Shown: positions 11,299-19,726 of the stretch, in pieces
Position numbering within the stretch: the first letter of the stretch is position 1
How the letters are laid out: each line of letters begins with the position of its first letter
Assembly (NCBI GenBank): GCA_964492845.1
Contig: CAZBMZ010000032.1
Coordinates: 12,090-76,089, forward strand
Direction of reading: 5' to 3'
Source of the DNA: an uncultured Clostridia bacterium
GTDB lineage: Bacteria; Acidobacteriota; Blastocatellia; Chloracidobacteriales; JADJPF01
DNA: 64,000 nt
Position numbers and translations under genes: made by a program
Notes under the pieces: generated by a model
The model's input: the letters and a program-made list of their open reading frames with translations, nothing else
Databases searched by the model: none
Told to the model about the DNA's origin: nothing

Positions 11299-11850
11299 CT
11301 ATTTTTTGCTAGATAAACCAACTAGATTTGCAGCTACTTCACTAGTCCCACAACAAGAGACGGCGGCTTGTAAAGTCTCTAAACTTGTAGTTTCACAAGA
11401 AGCATTTTTTGCTGTAACTTCTTTACTGTCATCAGTTACACAGCACATAGAAGTTTCTGCTAAGTTATCTTGAAGTACTACAAAAACTTCCCATTCATTG
11501 CCATCAGGGTCTTGGGCCCAGGTTTTATCTTGAATTGCATAACAACAATTAGTTTGCATTTCATCACGAGGAGTAAGCCCAGCTTTTATCCATTGCTCAC
11601 GCACCGCTATAACATCTTCCGTTGTCGCAACCTGTATTCCAAGATGAGAAAGCACACCTCGATCTTTTACTGCTATTTGATTAAGTGCTAGGTTAAGAGG
11701 TGGGTTTTGTACATCAAACTTAGCATATCCTTTACGTACTTTTAAGGGTTCAATGCCAAACAATTTTTTGTAAAATTCAATGCTATTTTCAACATTGCTA
11801 ACATTTAGTGAAATATGTGCTTTTAGGCTTTGTATTGGTAAGCTATTCAT
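11299..11850 (-). CDS. VOC/glyoxalase-family protein, ArsI-like (putative C-As lyase), with a Cys-rich C-terminal tail
   Basis: Glyoxalase/bleomycin-resistance fold (SIEFYKKLFGIEP...HLGIQV). A vicinal Cys pair (NCCYAIQD) sits where ArsI carries its As-binding Cys-Cys. There are extra CC pairs in the tail. It is the first gene of the ars cluster. Confidence 0.55.
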   Translation of the reverse strand: MNSLPIQSLKAHISLNVSNVENSIEFYKKLFGIEPLKVRKGYAKFDVQNPPLNLALNQIAVKDRGVLSHLGIQVATTEDVIAVREQWIKAGLTPRDEMQTNCCYAIQDKTWAQDPDGNEWEVFVVLQDNLAETSMCCVTDDSKEVTAKNASCETTSLETLQAAVSCCGTSEVAANLVGLSSKK

Positions 11851-12127
11851 AGTAAGAATCTCCTTTTTGATTAATTGATATATGCCTCAACGAATATGTT
11901 TATATTATGTTTCAAAAATTATATATGTTAAGCCATATTTATCTAACAAAATGGCTATCTTTTTTGTGGGGTTAGGAAAATAAATACTGTTTGATGTGAA
12001 AGCGAAGTAAAATTACCAGTCTTTTTATTAAAAACTATAATCAGCTAATCTTGCTGTACTCGCTAAACATTTATTTTGTAATATCGGCAATTCTTAATTA
12101 TTTCAAAGCTAAAAATAAGGAAAATTT

Positions 12128-13834
12128 GTGGATATTCAACAACTTGCTAGTCAAAGTGCTGCAACTATTTTAGAAGGCTTTCAAACCTTTACGGCTAAGT
12201 TTAAAGAAATTACTCGCCGCGCCAAAAATAGGTTTGAAACTCGTAATACTTTTGGCTTTTATAATGACGCTACCGAGCGTTTAGACCTTTATAGCAAGTC
12301 GGTTCAAGCTTTGGTAAAACGCTTAACAGAACTACTTGGAAATGATAGCCAGGAAAAAGAAGTTTGGGTTGGTATAAAGAAAAATTATTCAGAGCTAATT
12401 ACTAAACGTGGTGATTTAGAAATTGCTGAAACTTTCTTTAATTCTGTCACTAGAAAAATCTTTATAACAACTGGCGTAGACCCTAATATTGAATTTGTTG
12501 CTTCAGACTTTGACTTTCTCCCTATTTCACAAAAACCTATTTATTGTGTCTTTACTGTAAATGATGACCTAGCTAGCACCATTAAGGAAATATTAGGTAG
12601 CTATAATTTTAATGTTTATTATGAAGATATCTTTCTGGATGCTAAATTAATGGTTGAGAGAATTAACCAAGAAATAGGCCAAAATATTGATAGAATAGAA
12701 GTATTAAAATCAGTCTTTTATCGTAATAAAAAAGCTTATATTATTGGTCGAATCTGCTATCAAGATCAGTATATTCCGCTTGCAATTGCGCTTATAAATA
12801 AAGAACAAGGAATGATTGTTGATGCAATACTACTTACTCAAAATGAAGTAAGTATCATATTTAGTTTTACTCGCTCTTATTTTCATGTTGAGATTGAACA
12901 ACCTTTTGAAATGGTTAGTTTTTTAAAGTCTATTATGCCGCTAAAGCCTATTTCAGAGCTTTATATATCAATAGGTTACAATAAACATGGTAAAACTATC
13001 CTCTATCGTGACCTACTTTGTTATTTGCAAACTTCTACGGACAAATTTGAGTTTGCTAAAGGTAAAAAAGGGATGGTGATGTCTGTTTTTACACTTCCTT
13101 CTTATGATGTAGTGTTTAAGATTATTAAAGATAAAGCAGATTACCCTAAGAAAACTACTCGCAAGGATGTTTTAGACAAATATAACTTAGTTTTTACTCG
13201 TGACCGTGCTGGCAGGCTAGTTGATGCTCAGGAATTTGAACACTTAAAATTTGATAAAAGCCGTTTTAGCCAAGATTTACTAGATGAATTGCTTAAGGTT
13301 ACGGCACAGACGGTAATAGTAGAAGGTGAAAGCGTAGTTATTAAACACCTTTATACAGAAAGAAAATTATCTCCGCTAAATATTTATGTTAAGGAAATGT
13401 CCTTTGAAGCAGCAACCGAGGCAATTACAGACTATGGGAATGCTATCAAGGATTTAGTAGCAGCAAATATTTTCCCTGGCGATATATTACTTAAAAATTT
13501 TGGAGTAACTCGGCATGGTCGGGTAATTTTTTATGATTATGACGAGTTATGTTTAATTACAGAATGTAATTTTCGGGCTATTCCTGCGGCTAGAAACTAT
13601 TTAGATGAGCTAGATTCCGAGCCTTGGTATTATGTAGCGGAAAATGATATTTTCCCTGAAGAATTTAAGTCTTTTTTAGATTTGGACGGCAAATTAAGAG
13701 AGTTTTTCCTAAAAGTTCATGGAGATTTATTTGATGTAAAGTTTTGGTCAGATTTACAAAATAGGCTTAATGCTGGCGAAATTCCAGACATTTTCCCTTA
13801 TCAGCTTAGTCGCAGGTTAAGACAAGCAGATTAA
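12128..13834 (+). CDS. aceK: Isocitrate dehydrogenase kinase/phosphatase
   Basis: 568 aa with a GTG start after an AAGGA RBS. The similarity to E. coli AceK runs the full length: ILEGFQTF..., AEtFFNSV, SIIFSFTRSYFHV, GMVMSVFTLPSYDVVFKIIKD, NIFPGDILLKNFGVTRHGRVIFYDYDE, EPWYYV...DIFPEEF. Confidence 0.9.
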   Translation: MDIQQLASQSAATILEGFQTFTAKFKEITRRAKNRFETRNTFGFYNDATERLDLYSKSVQALVKRLTELLGNDSQEKEVWVGIKKNYSELITKRGDLEIAETFFNSVTRKIFITTGVDPNIEFVASDFDFLPISQKPIYCVFTVNDDLASTIKEILGSYNFNVYYEDIFLDAKLMVERINQEIGQNIDRIEVLKSVFYRNKKAYIIGRICYQDQYIPLAIALINKEQGMIVDAILLTQNEVSIIFSFTRSYFHVEIEQPFEMVSFLKSIMPLKPISELYISIGYNKHGKTILYRDLLCYLQTSTDKFEFAKGKKGMVMSVFTLPSYDVVFKIIKDKADYPKKTTRKDVLDKYNLVFTRDRAGRLVDAQEFEHLKFDKSRFSQDLLDELLKVTAQTVIVEGESVVIKHLYTERKLSPLNIYVKEMSFEAATEAITDYGNAIKDLVAANIFPGDILLKNFGVTRHGRVIFYDYDELCLITECNFRAIPAARNYLDELDSEPWYYVAENDIFPEEFKSFLDLDGKLREFFLKVHGDLFDVKFWSDLQNRLNAGEIPDIFPYQLSRRLRQAD

Positions 13835-13858
13835 GGAAGTACAAGTTAAGGAAGTGTT

Positions 13859-14284
13859 ATGCAAATTAATTTTCATATTGTGCTAGAAAAATCTCTTTTA
13901 GAAAAAATTAGTGATTTGCAAAAAGTTTGTAAAGACTTCGGGTTTGATGTTAGTTTTGATTCTGTAAGCCTACAACAAAACTTATCACGCCAAAAAATTC
14001 TACTAAATGTTGAATATCGCAACAAAATTACTAGTGCAGAAGTTCGTTTAGCTACAATTTCAGACGTTAAAGATGTTTGTGATGATATTTGCAGCCATCT
14101 TAGCGAAGAACATGACTGTGCGATTAATATTAATTTTAATGGTAATGATTTGGCGGCTATTTACATTGTAATTGCAGTTTTAACAAAAATGAGCAATGGA
14201 ATTTTATATGTAGAACAGGATGGAGTTATTCTTAGAGGTGATGAAGCAATAAAAAATGCTAAAGCATGGGACAACGTAAAATAG
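13859..14284 (+). CDS. Hypothetical protein, possibly co-transcribed with aceK
   Basis: 141-aa ORF 24 nt after the aceK stop, with no recognisable motifs. Confidence 0.45.
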   Translation: MQINFHIVLEKSLLEKISDLQKVCKDFGFDVSFDSVSLQQNLSRQKILLNVEYRNKITSAEVRLATISDVKDVCDDICSHLSEEHDCAININFNGNDLAAIYIVIAVLTKMSNGILYVEQDGVILRGDEAIKNAKAWDNVK

Positions 14285-14312
14285 ACTATACCCCTGCATT
14301 TGCATCAAATTA

Positions 14313-16715
14313 CTAGGTAAATTTATTTGTATCAGCTTCTATTATCTTAGTTTTTTTGCTATCAGTTAAATAATCTTCTGTTTCTTCCGTAACATTTTGG
14401 TAAGTTTCTTCTCCTTCTTTTGTATAGAATTTAGACATTGCCGTTGCTAGCTCTTGTGCATTAGGGCGATCTTCGGGGCTTTTTGCAAGAGTTTTCATTA
14501 TTAATTCAACTAGTTCATTAGGAGCATTTTTATTAAAATCTGCCAAATGTGGAGGTGGTTCTGTCATATGTTGCATAAAAAGCGAAAACATAATGTTATT
14601 GATAGGCAAAAAAGGTGGACGACCTGCTAGCATTTCATAAGCTACTACTCCAAGGCTATAAATATCTGACTTTTCTTCACAAGATTTAGAATTAATCTGC
14701 TCAGGTGACATATATTGTGGCGAGCCAATCAAAACCCCTGTTGCAGTAAGATCTGAAATATTTATACTTCCAGAGTCCTCTACAAGTTTTACAAGTCCAA
14801 AATCGACCAATTTTATTATTTCTCTACCTTCTGAGCGATGAATAAAAATATTATCTGGTTTTATATCACGATGTACTAAACCTAGTTCATGAGCTTTTAT
14901 TAGCACTTCACAAACAGGTAAAAGAATAAAAACTGTCCGAGAAACAGAAAGCACTTTCTTTTCTCTTAACTCTTTTTTAAGTGGACGACCACTTAAAAGT
15001 TCCATCACTAAATATGCAATTCCATCGCTAGATATACCTGAATCAAGTATTGCAACTGCATTTGGATGATTAATACGTGAGCCAGCAATAGCTTCAAGTC
15101 GAAAACGTTCAAGACTTTCTGATGAATCGTTACCTGCTAATGGCTTAAATATTTTTACTGCAACTTTGCGCTTTATCTGAAGGTGCGTTGCTTTATAAAC
15201 AGCACCAAAACCGCCTGAACCAATAATTTCATCTAGTCGATATTTTTCGTCTAATACGGTTCCTGGCAAGGCTTCAGCTAGTACATTAAATATTCGGTCT
15301 GCTCGTTGATTAGATTCTATTAATTCTTGATTTTTGTGGGCTATTTCTTCAATACGATCTTGTAAAGCTTTATTTTTTTCGCTTATTTCATCAGTTTGTT
15401 CTAGTAGTGCCTTGTTTTTTTGGCTTATTTCATTGGTGCGCTCTGCTACTTTCTTTTCCAAATCACGGTTTAATAGATTAAGTTCTTTATAAACACGTGC
15501 AAAACGGTTTGCAACCAGTGTAGCCATTAGCACAATATTAAAGGCAAATGCCCATTGAATGATGTTATAAGGCAGTTTTATTTGAATCAAAAAAACAACA
15601 AAATAAGATAAACTCCCAAGTAAAAGTACTCTAGCTTCAGAATTACCTCGCCAACTCTCTACACCGATTAACTTAATTATCATTACTAGAAATAATATTG
15701 AAAGTGGTGCATAGGTAAGGGTTTCTATTCTAAGCATAAGTAAGAAAGGTAAGAATAGAAAAAATAAAATATTAATTAAATTTAGCAATTGAAAAGCACG
15801 CACCCATTTACTTATGGGTTTACCTAAAAAATTCCATAAAAATTCTATCAAAAATACTGAAGTTAATTTATTAGAAACAAATAGGACTAGAATAATGTTG
15901 TTATGTGATCCTAAAAGCAGTGAATTCCAGAAAAAAGTACCTGCAAATATCTGTATGCTATAAAAGAAAACACATAAGCTATAGCGAAGATAATCTTTTT
16001 CGGTTCCAAGTCTGATGTAAAGCAGTAAATGGTAAAGACTTACTAGCAAAAATATAATGCTAAGAACAAATGTACTTATAGTTCTATAGAGTAATTTAAT
16101 TCGTCGGTTTTCTTTTGCTATTTCAAGATTAGGTACTTTGCCTAGAACAAATAAACCTTCGCTAAAGCCTCTTCTTCCACTACCAACAGCATATTCTGGA
16201 AAAAACCAGACTCTAATAGCTAAACAAAGATTGCCTTTGTCATCAATTAGATTAGCAGGTATTTGGATAATTTTAGGCCAGGGATATTCAATTTTATTTA
16301 CTGATAAAATATCTTTTTGAGGTGTAATCAAAACACCATTAGCATAAATTTGATAGTTTAAGAAAATCTTTGTTTGAAGCACGATTCCAATGTCATTATA
16401 GAGTTGCTCAAAGTCGTCTGCTTGCTCAGATGCTTTGATAGGCAGCTTTAATTTAATGCGAAACCAGGAAAAATTATTGTTTGGTGTAATGTCTTGCTGT
16501 TCTGGAGATTTATTAATTTCAAAATCTTTCCAAGTTGAATCATCAAATTCTGGGTTTGCCCAAGTTAAATCATCTCCTTGCCGGTATTTCCAGTTAACTT
16601 CAAGATTAAAATTTGTTTCTAAAGATTTAACCTTTTTACTTAATTGTCCAAAGCAGCAAAAAGGAAGGAAGAAAAGCAAAAATATTGCACTTATAGAAAC
16701 TATCTTAATTTTCAT
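14313..16715 (-). CDS. 7TM receptor (7TMR-DISM type) fused to a Ser/Thr protein kinase
   Basis: Signal peptide, then a ~200-aa extracellular domain and seven TM helices. A coiled-coil linker (EISQKNKALLEQTDEISEKNKALQDRIEEIAHKNQEL) precedes the Hanks kinase domain (GSGGFGAVYKA, VAVK, HRDIKPDNIF, DFG, SPEQ). I prefer the start at MKIKIV, which has a GGAGA RBS. The ORF-track start 16778 is upstream of this. Confidence 0.8.
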   Translation of the reverse strand: MKIKIVSISAIFLLFFLPFCCFGQLSKKVKSLETNFNLEVNWKYRQGDDLTWANPEFDDSTWKDFEINKSPEQQDITPNNNFSWFRIKLKLPIKASEQADDFEQLYNDIGIVLQTKIFLNYQIYANGVLITPQKDILSVNKIEYPWPKIIQIPANLIDDKGNLCLAIRVWFFPEYAVGSGRRGFSEGLFVLGKVPNLEIAKENRRIKLLYRTISTFVLSIIFLLVSLYHLLLYIRLGTEKDYLRYSLCVFFYSIQIFAGTFFWNSLLLGSHNNIILVLFVSNKLTSVFLIEFLWNFLGKPISKWVRAFQLLNLINILFFLFLPFLLMLRIETLTYAPLSILFLVMIIKLIGVESWRGNSEARVLLLGSLSYFVVFLIQIKLPYNIIQWAFAFNIVLMATLVANRFARVYKELNLLNRDLEKKVAERTNEISQKNKALLEQTDEISEKNKALQDRIEEIAHKNQELIESNQRADRIFNVLAEALPGTVLDEKYRLDEIIGSGGFGAVYKATHLQIKRKVAVKIFKPLAGNDSSESLERFRLEAIAGSRINHPNAVAILDSGISSDGIAYLVMELLSGRPLKKELREKKVLSVSRTVFILLPVCEVLIKAHELGLVHRDIKPDNIFIHRSEGREIIKLVDFGLVKLVEDSGSINISDLTATGVLIGSPQYMSPEQINSKSCEEKSDIYSLGVVAYEMLAGRPPFLPINNIMFSLFMQHMTEPPPHLADFNKNAPNELVELIMKTLAKSPEDRPNAQELATAMSKFYTKEGEETYQNVTEETEDYLTDSKKTKIIEADTNKFT

Positions 16716-17031
16716 GAAAATTTCTCCATGCTGGTGCTTTTTTGAGATCAAGAGTTTTTCGTTAATGATTGAAAACATTAAGATTGTGGCAAATAAATTT
16801 TTACTTTTTAATAGGTTATTAGAAATTTGATGTGCTAATCCATTGCCCGTAAAGCTTAAGACAATTGATGGAAAAAAGCAAAGAGCTATTTTAGTAAAAA
16901 CCCTAGTTTGTAAGGAGAATTTAGTAGAGATTTTATAGAGTCCAGATAAGAAGTTAGTGCAGATAAAATCTAAGACCCTAAAAGCTTGATAATTAAAGGT
17001 TTAAGTCAATTAGCTATTATTCCTAAATACT

Positions 17032-17547
17032 TCAATCTAAGTTTGTTGGAACAATTTCTTCGTCCGATTGAGAAAAAATTAAAGACAATGCAAATGCAGC
17101 TATTATTGTCATAATGGCAGAAATGCGAATCATTAATGCTATTTTATTTGTTTGACCAAGTAAATTTAGCTCTGACAGCATATAATTCCAGTCATGAATA
17201 CGATCACCATTACCAATTAAAGGTAGTTGCATTACTACAGCATCTGCTGAATAAATAGAAATATTTAATAAATTATGTCCAACCCAAAATAAAACTATCG
17301 CGCTAGAGAATTTTTGATTATTCCAGAAGAAATATCCTACAAATAATGCTGGCATAATTAGTTGCATTAAAGTTCCACCTAAAATGCTCATAAACTCGCC
17401 TAAAATGCCAAATAGCGGATGCCCTGCCTCATGAATTAGTACATTAACCCCATCTAATAACCGCCATTGATAAGGAAATAAAAGACACCAGAAAAAATAT
17501 AAGCCTACTATTAGTGTTACAACCACTTTATTATTAAACTTAAACAT
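17032..17547 (-). CDS. Small polytopic membrane protein with an HEAGH (HExxH) motif
   Basis: 171 aa with 4-5 TM helices. HEAGHPLFG lies at the edge of TM2, giving a possible intramembrane metalloprotease-like or DUF-type architecture. Confidence 0.5.
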   Translation of the reverse strand: MFKFNNKVVVTLIVGLYFFWCLLFPYQWRLLDGVNVLIHEAGHPLFGILGEFMSILGGTLMQLIMPALFVGYFFWNNQKFSSAIVLFWVGHNLLNISIYSADAVVMQLPLIGNGDRIHDWNYMLSELNLLGQTNKIALMIRISAIMTIIAAFALSLIFSQSDEEIVPTNLD

Positions 17548-17883
17548 TGTTTTGTCCTATAAAACTTAAAATATTTCCTTTAATTAGCTTATAAAATATT
17601 AAAAATTAATTAAAGATATTTGTACCATAAAAGTAACTAAAAATATTATTCCTGAGCTAAGAAAAACAAAAGGATAAATTAGGCGCAAAATGCGACTATT
17701 CCAATTTGGTCAAGTTCCGCACAGATTTTCTTTTAGCGATTTATTTGAGCCTGTTACCCAACGTTTATTTAGACCATATAATTTTAATATGCCAAAGGTG
17801 GTTAAAAATAAACCACCTAATAAAGTTACCAATGAACCTATTTCCATAAATTAACTCTCTATTTTAAAATACTGTTTTATTTA

Positions 17884-18822
17884 TCAAAAATTATTTTCTG
17901 CTAATGCTTCTGTGTGTGCAGCAGCAATTTTTCCTAGCCGTTGTAGGTTGTAGCCACCTTCAAGCACAGAAATAACTCTACTGTGTCCACAATCTGAGGC
18001 TAGTTGTTTTAATCGTGTAGTCATCCAGGCAAAATCTTCATTTTCAAGCATTAAGCCGCCTAAAGGGTCTTCTCTATGAGAATCAAAGCCAGCAGAAATT
18101 AAAATTAAATCTGGTTTAATTTTTTGTAAAACTGTTTTTAATGCTATGTCAAAAACTTCTCGATAATTTTTGGCTGAAGTGCCTGCCGACAAAGGAACAT
18201 TTAGCGTATAGCCTTGACCTTGGTTAATTCCTGTTTCAGAAGTTCTTCCTGTACCTGGATAATGTGGATGTTGATGTAAGGAAAGATAAAAAACGGAGTT
18301 ATCATCATAAAAAATATCTTGAGTACCATTACCATGATGGACATCCCAATCTATAATTAAAACTTGCTCTAAATTATGTTTTTGCTGAGCATAACGCGCT
18401 CCAACAGCAACATTATTAAATAGGCAAAAACCCATTGCCTTTTCTGCTGTAGCATGATGACCTGGGGGACGAACAATAACAAAAGCATTGCTAGCTTGAC
18501 TGCTCATAACTGCATCAATAGCTGTTAATACTCCTCCTGATGCTAGTAATGATACGGCAAAAGAATCTTGGCTAATTACTGTATCAGCGTCTAAAGCTCC
18601 TAAGCCTTTTTTACAAGCCGTTTGAACTAAATCATAATGTTGTGAACTGTGACAGCGTAAAATATCTGTATTTTGAGCAACTTGAGGAGATAGCCAAATA
18701 TAATGAGTAGCATCTACTTTCTTAATTTCTTGAGCAATTAATGATGCCCTTTCTGGTCGCTCTGGATGTGCGCCTGTTTCATGTTTAAGATAATCTGAGT
18801 GATAAATAATTGCTGTAGTCAT
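17884..18822 (-). CDS. Histone deacetylase-family protein (AcuC/acetylpolyamine amidohydrolase-like)
   Basis: Carries the HDAC/arginase-deacetylase fold signatures: IVRPPGHHA, IIDWDVHHGNGTQ, SAGFDSHREDPLGG, VLEGGYN. Confidence 0.85.
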   Translation of the reverse strand: MTTAIIYHSDYLKHETGAHPERPERASLIAQEIKKVDATHYIWLSPQVAQNTDILRCHSSQHYDLVQTACKKGLGALDADTVISQDSFAVSLLASGGVLTAIDAVMSSQASNAFVIVRPPGHHATAEKAMGFCLFNNVAVGARYAQQKHNLEQVLIIDWDVHHGNGTQDIFYDDNSVFYLSLHQHPHYPGTGRTSETGINQGQGYTLNVPLSAGTSAKNYREVFDIALKTVLQKIKPDLILISAGFDSHREDPLGGLMLENEDFAWMTTRLKQLASDCGHSRVISVLEGGYNLQRLGKIAAAHTEALAENNF

Positions 18823-18897
18823 AAAACCTCTAAATTATTTTTTAGGTTGGTTAAATTATTTAATTTATCATAGTTATAAAATACTTAGGAAAAACAA

Positions 18898-19455
18898 ATG
18901 CGAGTAATAGCAGGAATTTATAAAGGTCATAGCTTAAAAACTGTTGCTGGTTTGGATGTACGCCCAACATCTGACCGACTAAGAGAAACATTATTTAATA
19001 TTTTAGCCTCTAAAATTGCAAATACTCGTTTTTTAGATATTTGTTCTGGTTCAGGAGCAGTGGCAATTGAAGCTCTTAGCCGAGGAGCAAGTTTTGCATT
19101 GTTAATAGAAGCTTCTAAACATGCAACAAAAATTATTCAAAATAATATTACGCATTGCAAAATCCCTGCAAATTACATACAAATAATTACTAGTGATGCT
19201 TTAAGTTCTCTTAAAAAACTTGAGAAAAATAACTCTCTATTTGATATTGTTTACTTTGACCCTCCTTATAAATCATCTATTTACTTACCTGTATTGCAGT
19301 ATTTAGGAGAAGTTACTTTTTTATCAGACACATCTATTATTATTGTTGAACATCATAGTAAATTTACTTTACCTGACATAATTGGACAACTTAATTGTTA
19401 TAGAAGATTAAAACAAGGAGAAACAGAGCTTAGTTTTTATCAAGTTACTAAATAG
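18898..19455 (+). CDS. rsmD: 16S rRNA (guanine966-N2)-methyltransferase
   Basis: 185 aa. Has RPTSDRLRETLFNIL, motif I LDICSGSGAVAIEALSRGA and the DPPY catalytic tetrapeptide. Confidence 0.85.
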   Translation: MRVIAGIYKGHSLKTVAGLDVRPTSDRLRETLFNILASKIANTRFLDICSGSGAVAIEALSRGASFALLIEASKHATKIIQNNITHCKIPANYIQIITSDALSSLKKLEKNNSLFDIVYFDPPYKSSIYLPVLQYLGEVTFLSDTSIIIVEHHSKFTLPDIIGQLNCYRRLKQGETELSFYQVTK

Positions 19456-19726
19456 AATACTTAAGGGAAATCAAAGAAGGAAATACCTTAGTAGTAAAAT
19501 AACAATCTCTAATTTTTAGTATCAGTTATAGTTAATTTTTAGAAAGGACAATATTTTTCAAATACAATTGTCCGTTTTTTATTAAAACCAATAAATAATA
19601 TAAAGTTTCATCAAAATTATTAATTAAGCTATAATCAAAACCTCAAAACTAAAAACTAGAAATTTTAGTTAATTTGATGGTCAATTACCAATACCAACTC
19701 ACAATTTGCTAAAACAGGGTAATTTT

